64,000 nucleotides of DNA, from NCBI GenBank assembly GCA_030696105.1, contig JAUYNJ010000004.1, forward strand, positions 141,872-205,871, read 5' to 3'. A program made the position numbers and the translations under genes. Shown here in pieces: positions 10,308 through 20,374 of the stretch (positions are counted from its first letter, which is position 1; each line of letters starts with the position of its first letter). The DNA comes from a bacterium (GTDB lineage: Bacteria; Patescibacteriota; Patescibacteriia; Patescibacteriales; UBA12465). Below the pieces are notes generated by a model that was given only the letters and a program-made list of their open reading frames with translations, was not told the DNA's origin and made no database searches.

Positions 10308-10742
10308 TTAGTACAGCATCGAAATAATAAATTCAATGCCGAAAAGTACAATCAAGATTGCCGCTGTACCTAAAGCTAACATCAAAGCGACTTTCTTGTC
10401 GGTGCGCATAACACTAACGAAGCTTAACAGCCCAATCAGCGCTGTGCTGGCCATCACTGCCCAAATCGCGTATTTTGCTTCCTGAAGAGTAAATACTTCA
10501 AAGCTAAAGTAAGCGAACACAGCAGTGGCCAGTAAAGCAAAGGCGAGAAACATTCCTTTGCGCTCATCCATGAATATCTCAAATATTACCCAGGAGATAG
10601 CTATTGCAGCGAGGACGATAGTAATTGTTGTCTCATCCTGTATAGCCATGACCGGTAAGCACAGGAGTAATCTGACAAGGACATAAATAGCAATAAACGC
10701 GAGCAGTCCTTTGCTCTCGCGTATAAGCAACATCGTTTTCAT
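10308..10742 (-). CDS. Hypothetical multi-pass membrane protein
   Basis: 144 aa, about 5 hydrophobic helices; own TTGACA-17-TAGTAT promoter candidate at 10796-10824 and own terminator. Confidence 0.7.
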   Translation of the reverse strand: MKTMLLIRESKGLLAFIAIYVLVRLLLCLPVMAIQDETTITIVLAAIAISWVIFEIFMDERKGMFLAFALLATAVFAYFSFEVFTLQEAKYAIWAVMASTALIGLLSFVSVMRTDKKVALMLALGTAAILIVLFGIEFIISMLY

Positions 10743-10828
10743 GACACAAGTATTTGATTAGACAATATAAAGAACTAGCGAGTCAACTATAATTAATACT
10801 AATCCACTCGTATAATTTTGTCAAAAAT

Positions 10829-11146
10829 ATGATTCAACAAGTCATTGCCCTCGTCTTCATCGCCTTTTTTATCTGGCGTCTACTGTTGCAAAAAAAACAA
10901 AACAAAATTGGCGGCAACGAATTTATTTTGTGGCTGTCTTTCTGGTTACTCGGCGGTATCGCTATTATTTTTATCCGCTCCATCGACCAATTACTAGTCA
11001 GCGCTGGTTTTTCTGGTTCTGGAATTAATTTCTTACTTTACCTCGCAGTCATTAGTCTATTCTACTTTGTTTTCAAACTTCGTCTGAAAATTAGTAAGCT
11101 AGAAAATAATATGACTGAACTAGTGCGCACTATCACTCTTAAATAA
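10829..11146 (+). CDS. DUF2304-like small membrane protein
   Basis: 105 aa, 3 TM helices, W..FW motif and C-terminal KISKLENNMTELVR.ITL; this family typically accompanies polyprenol-phosphate GT2 enzymes. Confidence 0.8.
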   Translation: MIQQVIALVFIAFFIWRLLLQKKQNKIGGNEFILWLSFWLLGGIAIIFIRSIDQLLVSAGFSGSGINFLLYLAVISLFYFVFKLRLKISKLENNMTELVRTITLK

Positions 11147-11181
11147 ACCTCACCTTCTAACGCCCTAGCTGCAATACGATT

Positions 11182-12360
11182 ATGAAAATAGCCCAAATTG
11201 TTTGTGCCTTTCCGCCTTATGCCGGTGGTATCGGCCAAAGCGCCTATCGTTTAGGTCAGATTCTAAGTCGCGAACATGCAATTAGCACCTACACTTTAGC
11301 CGCGAAAGAACAAAAGATTCCTCAGGCGATGATTGGTGATCAAAAAATTATCTACCTGCGTCCACGCTTACGCGCCGGACACGGCGCCTTTCCTTTTTCC
11401 TTGTTATTTCGGCTAACATCTTTTGACACTATTTACCTGCACTACCCTTTCTTTGGAGTTGATGCAATTATTTTTTTACTCTGCTCATTGCGAAAATCGC
11501 AACGCTTAATTATCCATTACCACATGGACACCCCAGCCCTACCTGGCCTGAAGCGCTTTTTAGCTCTGCCCTCACGTATCTTTTTCTTTCGCTTAATGAA
11601 ACGAGCTGAGAAAATTATTGTCAGTAGTCGCGACTACGCTCAACACAGCGATTTAAAAAAAATCATGGAGCTGTACCCCGCAAAGATTAAGGCAGTGCCC
11701 TTCGGTGTTGAGACCGATGTCTTCCATCCGAAAATGAGCGCATCAGAAGATGCTATTAGTTCCCGTGCGACGGCTATCGTTGATTTTGTTACTCGCAGAT
11801 TTATCAAAAGAGGCGGACACACAATATTATTTGTCGGCGGACTTGATAGCGCTCATTATTTTAAAGGTTTAAGTAACCTCATTAAAGCGCTACCGATGGT
11901 TAAGTCAGCGGTCACCTTACACATTGTCGGTGACGGTGATTTGCGAGCACAATATGAAGCCGAGGCAAAAGCAGCAGGTGTTACGCGCCATGTTCGTTTC
12001 TTAGGAAGAATTAGTGAAGACGACCTTATCCGTCAGTATCAATCAGCGGACCTGCTTGTACTGCCTTCAATTAATACCCACGAGGCTTTTGGGCTTGTGC
12101 TTATTGAAGCGATGGCTTGTGGTTTGCCTGTTATTGCTAGTAACCTCCCAGGCGTTCGCAGTGTCTTTAATGACGGCGTCGAAGGTTATGTTGTTGAGCC
12201 CGGAAATATTATTGAGTTAGCTGAAAAAATTAACCTCATAACAGCTGACGAAAACAAACGAAAAGAAATGGCGCGTGCGGCTAGAACTCTCGCCAAAGAA
12301 AAGTATGGTTGGGAAAAAATAGCCGATCAAATTCTCGACGAATTTTCTGCTGTAAAGTAA
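11182..12360 (+). CDS. GT4 (GT-B) glycosyltransferase
   Basis: FPPYAGG, LFVGGL..AHYFKG, EAFGLVLIEAMACGLPVIAS (EX7E). Confidence 0.92.
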   Translation: MKIAQIVCAFPPYAGGIGQSAYRLGQILSREHAISTYTLAAKEQKIPQAMIGDQKIIYLRPRLRAGHGAFPFSLLFRLTSFDTIYLHYPFFGVDAIIFLLCSLRKSQRLIIHYHMDTPALPGLKRFLALPSRIFFFRLMKRAEKIIVSSRDYAQHSDLKKIMELYPAKIKAVPFGVETDVFHPKMSASEDAISSRATAIVDFVTRRFIKRGGHTILFVGGLDSAHYFKGLSNLIKALPMVKSAVTLHIVGDGDLRAQYEAEAKAAGVTRHVRFLGRISEDDLIRQYQSADLLVLPSINTHEAFGLVLIEAMACGLPVIASNLPGVRSVFNDGVEGYVVEPGNIIELAEKINLITADENKRKEMARAARTLAKEKYGWEKIADQILDEFSAVK

Positions 12361-12366
12361 AATAAT

Positions 12367-13422
12367 ATGCGCATAGGCATCGCTAACAATTTATTTCCTC
12401 CTTTTAGCCGCGGCAGCGGGGCTGAGGTTATTGCGGAAATGAATGCCTCTGATTTGCGTGCCGCCGGACACGACGTCTTCATGATTAGCACCAAGCCTCG
12501 CAAAGAAGAGGCACAGGACTCTTCTGATCATTATTTTCTAGATTCTGCCTATTTTGTTTTAAATAAGAAGCCATTGCCCTGGCGACTTGCTTGGCATATC
12601 GGTCAACTATTCCTTCCCTGGCATTTACAAAAACTCAATCAAATTCTCGACGAAAGGCAGCCCGACCTCTTTATTACACATAACTTAATGGGCATCGGTT
12701 TTGTTCTGCCACGCTTATTGCGGGTGCGTGGAATCAGGCACGAGCATGTTTTACACGACATTCAACTACTGCACCCCTCTGGTCTCATGTATTGGGGTAA
12801 AGAAGGGATAGTTAAAAGTTTACCAGCAAAAATTTATCAACTAGTGACAAGGTCGGCGATGATGCATGCGGCGAAAATTATTTCTCCTTCGCGCTGGCTG
12901 CTAAATATTCATCAGTCTTGTGGTTTTTTTGCAAATCAAGAGACTGTTGTTGAGCAAAATTTTAATTTATTACGAAAAGATACAAAGCCACTTAACTCGC
13001 CAATTCACTTCGTCTTTACTGGGCAGCTTGAAAAACATAAAGGCTTATACTTACTTCTTAGTGCCTGGCAAGAAGCTGATTTACCCGCCAGTGTCGCGCG
13101 TCTCACTATTGCCGGCGGCGGTGCGCTCGAAAAAGATGTAAAAAAAGCAGCCGCAAGTTTAGACAGTCTGGAATACGCTGGATTACTAGGCCGAAGAGAC
13201 GTCGAAAAATTACTAACGGACGCTGACGTGGTTGTTGTTCCCTCTCTGGTCTACGAAAATTCGCCAACAAGTCTGTGGGAAGCAGCTGTCTACCGCTGTC
13301 GCGGTTTAGCGGCTGATATCGGCGGTATTCCGGAGCTCTCGCCCTATCTTGATCTCACCCTATTCGCTCCCGGTGACCGTCACGCCTTAGCGCGCGCGAT
13401 GATAAAGATGACAGAGAAATAA
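12367..13422 (+). CDS. GT4 (GT-B) glycosyltransferase
   Basis: GAE, HVLHD, GQLEKHKG, VVPSLVYENSPTSLWEA, DIGGIPEL. Confidence 0.88.
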   Translation: MRIGIANNLFPPFSRGSGAEVIAEMNASDLRAAGHDVFMISTKPRKEEAQDSSDHYFLDSAYFVLNKKPLPWRLAWHIGQLFLPWHLQKLNQILDERQPDLFITHNLMGIGFVLPRLLRVRGIRHEHVLHDIQLLHPSGLMYWGKEGIVKSLPAKIYQLVTRSAMMHAAKIISPSRWLLNIHQSCGFFANQETVVEQNFNLLRKDTKPLNSPIHFVFTGQLEKHKGLYLLLSAWQEADLPASVARLTIAGGGALEKDVKKAAASLDSLEYAGLLGRRDVEKLLTDADVVVVPSLVYENSPTSLWEAAVYRCRGLAADIGGIPELSPYLDLTLFAPGDRHALARAMIKMTEK

Positions 13423-13441
13423 ATATATTTAATTGGATAAT

Positions 13442-13470
13442 AAAAATCCCCGCAATTAGCGGGGATTTTT
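13442..13470. terminator. Bidirectional intrinsic terminator between convergent genes
   Basis: AAAAATCCCCGC-AATTA-GCGGGGATTTTT. Confidence 0.85.
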
Positions 13471-13487
13471 TCTTTATCTAATTTCAA

Positions 13488-14510
13488 CTATGCCTGAAAT
13501 ACGCGCAAGCGTTTTTGTGCTTGCAGAGAAAAAATTGTTTTCTTTAATCCATTCTCAAGAGTCACAACCGGCATCCACGCCAAATCATCTTTTGCCTTCT
13601 TAATGTTAGGCAGCGCGAGCTCACTAATAAACAAGCGGCTGTCGCCATAGGCGACTTTAGAATCTGACTTTAACTCGCGAATAATCATCATCGCTAAGTC
13701 AGTAAGGTTAACATCAACATCAGAACCAATGTTGATAGGGCCAACTTGCTTCGAACGCATAAATTTCATCACACCATCTATTGCATCTTCTATGTAACAG
13801 AAAGAGGAGGAGAAACGATCGTCACCAAAAATTACAAGGTCCTTGCCATCAATCGCGTTATTAATGAAATCAGGAATCATCTGATCATCGCCGAGTTCCA
13901 TACGTGGGCCGTAGACTCGGAAAAGGCGCACAATTTTTGCATCAATTTTATACATCTCGCGATAATTTACGACAAGCGTTTCTGCAAAGCGTTTACCTTC
14001 GTCATAGGCACTACGCTCAGACAAATGATCAAGCACACCGAGTTCAAGTTCGCTAATCTTTCTATCAGGGCTATCGGCATGCCGCGGACCATAGATAACA
14101 GATGAGGAGAAATGCATTAACTTCGCTTTGCACGACACAGCGAGATCAAGCATATTGAAGACTCCGGTTGAATTCGCCATCAAAGTTGCCAGGCGATTAT
14201 TCAAAAAATTCTTGGGCGACATCGGGCAAGCCAGGTTAAAAATTTCCTGGATACCTTGAAACTCGATTTTAAATTTCTTTAACTCTGGTAAATCAAGCCA
14301 ATCAATTGGCCTGGTTATATCTTTATTAATGAAAACAAAGTCTGGATTAGAAAGAAGATGATCAATATTGCTTTCGCTACCAGTTGAAAAATTATCAACG
14401 CAGATGACCTTGCAGGTTTTTAAGAGCTCATCGCAAAGATGAGAACCGATAAAACCAGCGCCACCGGCAACTAGCACATTTTTTTTATCAAAGATGACTT
14501 GCTTAGGCAT
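13488..14510 (-). CDS. NAD-dependent epimerase/dehydratase, UDP-glucuronate decarboxylase-like SDR
   Basis: GGAGFIGSHL, LACPMSP, YDEGKR (YxxxK), YGPRM. Confidence 0.88.
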   Translation of the reverse strand: MPKQVIFDKKNVLVAGGAGFIGSHLCDELLKTCKVICVDNFSTGSESNIDHLLSNPDFVFINKDITRPIDWLDLPELKKFKIEFQGIQEIFNLACPMSPKNFLNNRLATLMANSTGVFNMLDLAVSCKAKLMHFSSSVIYGPRHADSPDRKISELELGVLDHLSERSAYDEGKRFAETLVVNYREMYKIDAKIVRLFRVYGPRMELGDDQMIPDFINNAIDGKDLVIFGDDRFSSSFCYIEDAIDGVMKFMRSKQVGPINIGSDVDVNLTDLAMMIIRELKSDSKVAYGDSRLFISELALPNIKKAKDDLAWMPVVTLENGLKKTIFSLQAQKRLRVFQA

Positions 14511-14515
14511 ATATT

Positions 14516-16555
14516 TTAGTTATTGATATCAATGACACCGACGTGCACGCCGCCGCTATAATTTTGATCGTAAGCGTAAAAAGACTCCATTAGTTCACCT
14601 TGCCCACTAAAAGCCCGGACGTGAGGCGTAGCGCCGGCTAAAGCTGAGACGACAATGTCAGCTCGACCATCATTATCTAAATCACCGGCGGCCAGACTAA
14701 CACCGCCTTGCCAATTTCGACCGAAGGCTAAGAATGATTTCTTTAAAACAGCTTTATTGGAAAATATTTTTATTAAAGCTTCTTTGCCAGCTCCGGGGAC
14801 GGTAATGATTTCATCTTTATTCCGGTCATTACGTCCATCGGTATTAGCGATGGCAATTTGAACGCCGCCGCGGAACTCACGTTCGTAAGCGAAAAACTGT
14901 CCCTGTAAATTACCCCGTCGATCAAATATTTTTACTTCCGGAGTACCACCGGCTCCCCTTGCTGCCACAATTTCTGCTGCCCCAATTGCATCAATATTTC
15001 CAGCAGCGACGTTAACACCTCCGCGGAAACTATTTTCAAAGGAAAAAAATTGTCCTTTAAGTCTACCCTTATGATCAAAGATACGTACGTGTGGTCCACC
15101 ACCAGCCCCGGCGCCAACAATGATTTCATCAAGACCATCATCGTTAACATCAGCGACCGCTAAACTAAACCCACCTTTAAAATTTCTATCAAAGACGAGA
15201 AAGCGCCCTCTTAAAGTACCGTCAGGACCATAAATACTTACGTATGGTTCTTGACCGGCGGCTGAGGCGCTGACAATTTCTTGTTCACCATTAGCATCAA
15301 CATCGCCAGCGGCAAAGATGCCGCCGACACTTTCACTAAGCGCCCATTGTTTCAAAGCAACACCACTTTTGTCAGCAAGTATTAGTTCTTGAGTGCTTGT
15401 CGCGTCACCAACATTGGCCGTCGGATTAATTAATAAGCGACCGAGCCGTGAATATAGACGTTCCTGGGCAACCGTTACAGACCTATCTACGTTTACCCTA
15501 CCCGTGCCAAGCTGGCCAAGATAATTAGGATTAAGGCGACTAATATTATCAGTTGACTGCAATAAAATATTAACAATTTCAGTCGGACGCAGATGGGGGT
15601 TAGCCTCGGCGATAAGAGCCAGTGTGCCAGTGATAACTGGGGTCGCCATGGAAGTGCCTGACCAGAAGCCATCGTAATAACGGTCACGTTCTTGAGGGTT
15701 CCCGCCGTAAGTAATGGCACTGAAAAAACTTACACCAGGAGCCGTAATATCAACACACTTGAAACCATAACTTGAAAAATCGGCTTTTTGATCAAGCGCA
15801 TCAGTCGCAGCGACGCCGATAACCATATTCTCGCCGTTCACACCGTCATAACAAGCGGGGTAAATTGGGTTTTGATCAGTATTATAACCAACGCCATCAT
15901 CCTGTTCGTTACCAGCGGCCGCGACCACAATCACGCCCGCGTTATAGGCGCGCGCAATCGCGTCATGCAAAGCCTGGCTATAAGTAAAGCCAACAAAGCT
16001 GAGATTTATAATATCAGCCCCGTTATTTACGGCGTAATCAATTGCGCGAATGACAGAACCAACGCTACCCTCGCCCTTATCATTCAAAGCACGTAAAGGC
16101 ATCAGTTGTGCCCGCCAAGTGAGACCGGCAATTCCCTGTCGATTATCACCAGCCGCAGCAATAATGCCAGCCACCATCGTGCCGTGAGATATACCTGACT
16201 CCGTCCAACCCTCATCAAACTTGGGTGATGGGTCAGGAGTATTGGTAACAAAGTCCCAGCCGTTAATATCATCGATAAAACCATTACGATCATCGTCAAT
16301 GCCGTTGCCAGGAATTTCGCGACTGTTAACCCAAATATTGTCTTTTAAATCAGGGTGATCAATTTGCACGCCGGCATCAATAACTGCAATAACAATATTC
16401 GGACTGCGATTAATTTTCTCCCAGGCAGCCGGAGCCTTAATACGAGTCAAATACCACTGATTACTAAAGTAAGGATCGTTCGGTAAAAAACTCGCGCCAG
16501 CCACAGGGACCAGAACGAAAAGGCCTATAAAAAAAGATGCTATAAATCGTCTCAT
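14516..16555 (-). CDS. Secreted S8 subtilisin-like peptidase with C-terminal FG-GAP-like repeats
   Basis: Signal peptide; catalytic D (AVIDAG), H (HGTMVAG) and S (GTSMATP); repeats of A.GD.D.DG..EIV...G.GG.PHVRIF. Confidence 0.92.
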   Translation of the reverse strand: MRRFIASFFIGLFVLVPVAGASFLPNDPYFSNQWYLTRIKAPAAWEKINRSPNIVIAVIDAGVQIDHPDLKDNIWVNSREIPGNGIDDDRNGFIDDINGWDFVTNTPDPSPKFDEGWTESGISHGTMVAGIIAAAGDNRQGIAGLTWRAQLMPLRALNDKGEGSVGSVIRAIDYAVNNGADIINLSFVGFTYSQALHDAIARAYNAGVIVVAAAGNEQDDGVGYNTDQNPIYPACYDGVNGENMVIGVAATDALDQKADFSSYGFKCVDITAPGVSFFSAITYGGNPQERDRYYDGFWSGTSMATPVITGTLALIAEANPHLRPTEIVNILLQSTDNISRLNPNYLGQLGTGRVNVDRSVTVAQERLYSRLGRLLINPTANVGDATSTQELILADKSGVALKQWALSESVGGIFAAGDVDANGEQEIVSASAAGQEPYVSIYGPDGTLRGRFLVFDRNFKGGFSLAVADVNDDGLDEIIVGAGAGGGPHVRIFDHKGRLKGQFFSFENSFRGGVNVAAGNIDAIGAAEIVAARGAGGTPEVKIFDRRGNLQGQFFAYEREFRGGVQIAIANTDGRNDRNKDEIITVPGAGKEALIKIFSNKAVLKKSFLAFGRNWQGGVSLAAGDLDNDGRADIVVSALAGATPHVRAFSGQGELMESFYAYDQNYSGGVHVGVIDINN

Positions 16556-16596
16556 AACATCTTAATCATATCATATCTATTGTTAAAATTGAAATC

Positions 16597-17802
16597 TCAG
16601 GAAGTAAGAACACTTAGTGTTTCACGGGCTGACTTTTCCCAGCTAAACAGGCGACAACGATCGAGCCCCTGCTCCGTGAGAGTCGCTCGTAAATTCTCAT
16701 TAGAAGCAATGTAAGCGAGGGCTGATGCTAAGGAGGCGCGATCACGAGGATCAAAATATAAAGCGGCTTCCCCGGCTACTTCATGAAGCACGGGCAAATC
16801 TGACAACAGCGCCGGTGTGCCAGCTGCCATCGCTTGCAAAGCGGGGATACCAAAACCTTCATGAAGCGTCGGGAAGACAAAAGCGAGCGCGGCACTAAAG
16901 ATAACTGGTAAATCATCTTCGTTCACCCAACCGGGAATTAACACCCAGCGACTAAGATTATATTCTTCAATAATATATTTTACCTCATCATAACCGTAGC
17001 CCGCATTACCAATTAAAACGAGGCGTACTTCGCTCTCCGGATATGCCTCTTTATATAGCGAAAAGGATTCAACCAGCGCCGCTGTATTTTTCTTTTTTTC
17101 TAAACGACCGACATACAAGAAGAATGGCTCTTCGATGCCATATTTCTCGAGCACGGTATTACGTTCCCGAGGGTCGCGTCTTTCGTAATATAAATCCTCC
17201 GGATAACCGTTATAGACAACCTGCGTTTTACTAGCAACATGCTCCCCATAGACATCGAGGATTTCATTTTTTGTAAATTCAGAGACGGCAATGATGCGAC
17301 TTGCGTTTCGCACAGAGTAAGCGGTTGACCAAGAAAGATGGTCTAAAGAATTTGATTGATATTTTCCGCGTGTGAAAATTCGAACTAATAAATCAATAAT
17401 GCTCAATCTGCCACTTTTCGTGCTGATATCCCTTTTCTGATAGACGCGATTCTCACGAATAAAAGCAATATCATGAACAGTATTAACGGTGCGGCGAGGA
17501 TGAATGAGCGGTAAAGAATGCGCTGGGACAAAGAGAACGTCGGGCCGGTTCTTAATCATCTCAAGCGATAAGCGACCGATAGTCCAAAAATAACGCCATG
17601 GCCATTTAAGTATCTTGAAGCGCACATTTGAATATAGCGAAACAGCCGCCGCTAAGTCAGCGACGGGTTCTTTATCCAAATAGAGGACATATTCGTTTTC
17701 CCTATCAATCGCGGCCAGATGACTGATGATATAAAACGAATACCATTCTGTGCCGGTGCGCAAGCTGCGATTGGCGCGGGAGGCGTCAATGCCAATTAAC
17801 AT
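16597..17802 (-). CDS. GT4 (GT-B) glycosyltransferase
   Basis: IGIDAS, TGTEWY, TVHD, YVGRLEKKKN, FPTLHEGFGIPALQAMAAGTP. Confidence 0.9.
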   Translation of the reverse strand: MLIGIDASRANRSLRTGTEWYSFYIISHLAAIDRENEYVLYLDKEPVADLAAAVSLYSNVRFKILKWPWRYFWTIGRLSLEMIKNRPDVLFVPAHSLPLIHPRRTVNTVHDIAFIRENRVYQKRDISTKSGRLSIIDLLVRIFTRGKYQSNSLDHLSWSTAYSVRNASRIIAVSEFTKNEILDVYGEHVASKTQVVYNGYPEDLYYERRDPRERNTVLEKYGIEEPFFLYVGRLEKKKNTAALVESFSLYKEAYPESEVRLVLIGNAGYGYDEVKYIIEEYNLSRWVLIPGWVNEDDLPVIFSAALAFVFPTLHEGFGIPALQAMAAGTPALLSDLPVLHEVAGEAALYFDPRDRASLASALAYIASNENLRATLTEQGLDRCRLFSWEKSARETLSVLTS

Positions 17803-17818
17803 AATATTAAAGTGAGCC

Positions 17819-18826
17819 TTACTTGGTCGCCAAAATACTGCGCTTATATGAGTCGAGATTATCTAAAGCAATGCCAGTACCTTTCGCTACACATAGCAAA
17901 GCATCGTCAGCAACGTAGGCGGGCACACCTGTCGCACGCGCTACGAGCTGATCCATATTACGAAGTAAGGAACTACCACCGGAAAGGATAATACCCTTAT
18001 CCATAATGTCAGCGGCGAGTTCGGGTGGAGTTTTTTGTAAAACGCGTTTCGCCGCGGCAATAATCGCTTCGAGCTCGTTTTGAATTGCCTCTGTAACATC
18101 ATCACTAGAAACTGTGATGCTGCGAGGTAGACCGGTTACAATATCGCGTCCCCTAATTTCCATATACAACTTATCTTCAACGTATAAGGCCGAACCAATA
18201 TTTATTTTTATTTCTTCAGCAGTTCTCTCGCCAATCGCAAGATTATATTTTTTGCGGACGTGCTCTAAAATTGCGGCATCAAATTTATTACCGCCAACGC
18301 GCACAGATGTTGAAGCCACAATACCGCCGAGCGAGATAACGGCCATTTCCGCAGTGCCGCCACCAATATCAATAATCATGTGCCCAGTCGCTGAGCCAAT
18401 CGGAATGTCAGCACCAATAGCAGCGGCCACTGGCTCCTTAATAATGTAAGCGGCTTTCGCTCCAGCAGCAATAGTTGCTTCAATTACAGCGCGGCGCTCA
18501 GTTGAAGAAATACCAGCCGGAACGGCCACCATGACTTCAGGTCGGAATAATCTAATGCCTCCGAGGGTCTTATTAATAAAATAACGAATCATCGCCTCCG
18601 TGGTGCGGTAATCAGCAATCACACCATCTTTAAGAGGTCGGGCTGCGACAATAGTATCAGGAGTGCGCCCGAGCATATCTTTTGCCTCATTACCAACCGC
18701 AAGAATCTTGTTGTCATCGACTGATACCGCAACAACCGAAGGCTCGTTAATAACGATGCCCCGGCGTGGCAGGTAGACCAAAGTGTAGGTCGTCCCTAAG
18801 TCGATGCCAATGCGTTTTATAAACAT
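17819..18826 (-). CDS. mreB: Rod shape-determining actin homolog MreB (stand-alone paralog)
   Basis: IGIDLGT, INEPSVVA, PLKDGVIAD, IDIGGGT, GRDIVTGLP, TPPELAAD, GGSSLL. Confidence 0.95.
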   Translation of the reverse strand: MFIKRIGIDLGTTYTLVYLPRRGIVINEPSVVAVSVDDNKILAVGNEAKDMLGRTPDTIVAARPLKDGVIADYRTTEAMIRYFINKTLGGIRLFRPEVMVAVPAGISSTERRAVIEATIAAGAKAAYIIKEPVAAAIGADIPIGSATGHMIIDIGGGTAEMAVISLGGIVASTSVRVGGNKFDAAILEHVRKKYNLAIGERTAEEIKINIGSALYVEDKLYMEIRGRDIVTGLPRSITVSSDDVTEAIQNELEAIIAAAKRVLQKTPPELAADIMDKGIILSGGSSLLRNMDQLVARATGVPAYVADDALLCVAKGTGIALDNLDSYKRSILATK

Positions 18827-18949
18827 ATTTTAGGCTAAAATCAAATAAAAAATTAGGGGTAACCAGGCCGGTCGCAGTGATTTTATATCTTACCTCAATT
18901 TTCGCTCAAGTGTCAATTTATATATTGACTAAATTTAAGCATTAAAGCG

Positions 18950-19378
18950 CTATTCTTCGTAAGTGTCACCACCGTCTTCGTCCTCCTCCTGCTTACGGTT
19001 ATCGATTATTTTTTTTACTTTCTCAGCAAACTCGTAAGTGTCAAATTCTTCTTTAATGAAATAATATTCGGCACCGAGCTCAATACTTCTATTCTTACTG
19101 TCTTCATCGCTTAAATCTGTAAAAATGAAAATCATAACTTCACTTAAATCAGCATCTTCGCGAATTCTTTTAACGACTTCAAAGCCGTCCAATTTAGGTA
19201 AAATTAAATCTAAGATGATATAATCCGGCTCGAAATCGCGGATATTATCAAGGAGCTCCTCTAAAGGTTCTTCGCCTTCACTTGATTCAACGATAAATTC
19301 ATCAGAGCCAAACTGGGCCTCTAAACCGTAAAGAATGTTTGTGTCATCCTCGAGGAGGAAGATTTTCTTCTCAGACAT
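18950..19378 (-). CDS. Single-domain response regulator (receiver only) with acidic tail
   Basis: LLEDD, phospho-acceptor IILDLILP, DGFEV, FTD, FIK. Confidence 0.88.
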   Translation of the reverse strand: MSEKKIFLLEDDTNILYGLEAQFGSDEFIVESSEGEEPLEELLDNIRDFEPDYIILDLILPKLDGFEVVKRIREDADLSEVMIFIFTDLSDEDSKNRSIELGAEYYFIKEEFDTYEFAEKVKKIIDNRKQEEDEDGGDTYEE

Positions 19379-19399
19379 AGCGTTTATATATTAATTTGA

Positions 19400-20371
19400 T
19401 TATTTACTATCTTTAATTGCGCGCCACCAAGCTTCATTATCCTGATACCACTGCACTGTTTCACGCATTCCCTCTTCGAAACTAATTTCTGGTTTCCAGC
19501 CCAGCTCATTTTTTGCCTTACTAAAATCAATAGCGTAGCGAAGATCATGACCCGGTCTATCAGTCACATACTCTATTGCCTCTTCGCCCTTACCCATTAG
19601 GTCTAAAATTTTGTGAGTAATTTGTAAATTCGTGCGCTCACTATCACCACCTAGGCAATAGGTTTCACCAATTTTCCCGTGCATTATAATTGACTCAACG
19701 CCGCGATTGTGGTCACGGACATGAATCCAATCTCGGACATTACTGCCCTGACCATACACCGGCACTTGTTTGCCGTCAATAAGGTTCGTAATGAAGAGGG
19801 GGATGAGCTTTTCTGGGTACTGAAAAGGACCGTAATTATTAGAGCAATTTGAGATTGTTATCGGCAGGCCATGAGTATGATAATAAGCACGCACCAAATG
19901 GTCAGAGGAGGCCTTAGAGGCACTATAGGGCGAACGGGGGTCATAAGGAGTTAACTCATTAAAGGGTTCGTCAGTAAGAGATAAAGCGCCAAACACCTCA
20001 TCGGTTGAAATATGATGAAAACGGATATTACCATTTTTCTTTGCAGCATCCAGGAGAACGCGGGTACCTTCAATATTTGTGCGCACAAAGTCAGCGCTAT
20101 TTAAAATCGAACGATCAACGTGACTCTCGGCGGCAAAGTGAATAACAATATCAACACCTGGCATTAGAGTGTCGATAAGAGCGCCATCGGCGATGTCACC
20201 TTTTACAAAAGAATAATTCGGAGAATTCTCAACGCTTTTCAGGTTATTTAAATTACCGGCATAGGTAAGAGCATCAAGATTAATCACTTGATCAGAAGGA
20301 TATTTCTCGAGCCAGTATAAAATAAAATTGGAGCCGATAAAGCCGGCTCCGCCGGTGACTAACAATTTCAT
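19400..20371 (-). CDS. rfbB: dTDP-glucose 4,6-dehydratase
   Basis: TGGAGFIGSNF, LTYAGN, AAESHVDRSI, STDEVFG, SPYSASKA, DRPGHDLRY. Confidence 0.95.
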   Translation of the reverse strand: MKLLVTGGAGFIGSNFILYWLEKYPSDQVINLDALTYAGNLNNLKSVENSPNYSFVKGDIADGALIDTLMPGVDIVIHFAAESHVDRSILNSADFVRTNIEGTRVLLDAAKKNGNIRFHHISTDEVFGALSLTDEPFNELTPYDPRSPYSASKASSDHLVRAYYHTHGLPITISNCSNNYGPFQYPEKLIPLFITNLIDGKQVPVYGQGSNVRDWIHVRDHNRGVESIIMHGKIGETYCLGGDSERTNLQITHKILDLMGKGEEAIEYVTDRPGHDLRYAIDFSKAKNELGWKPEISFEEGMRETVQWYQDNEAWWRAIKDSK

Positions 20372-20374
20372 AAT

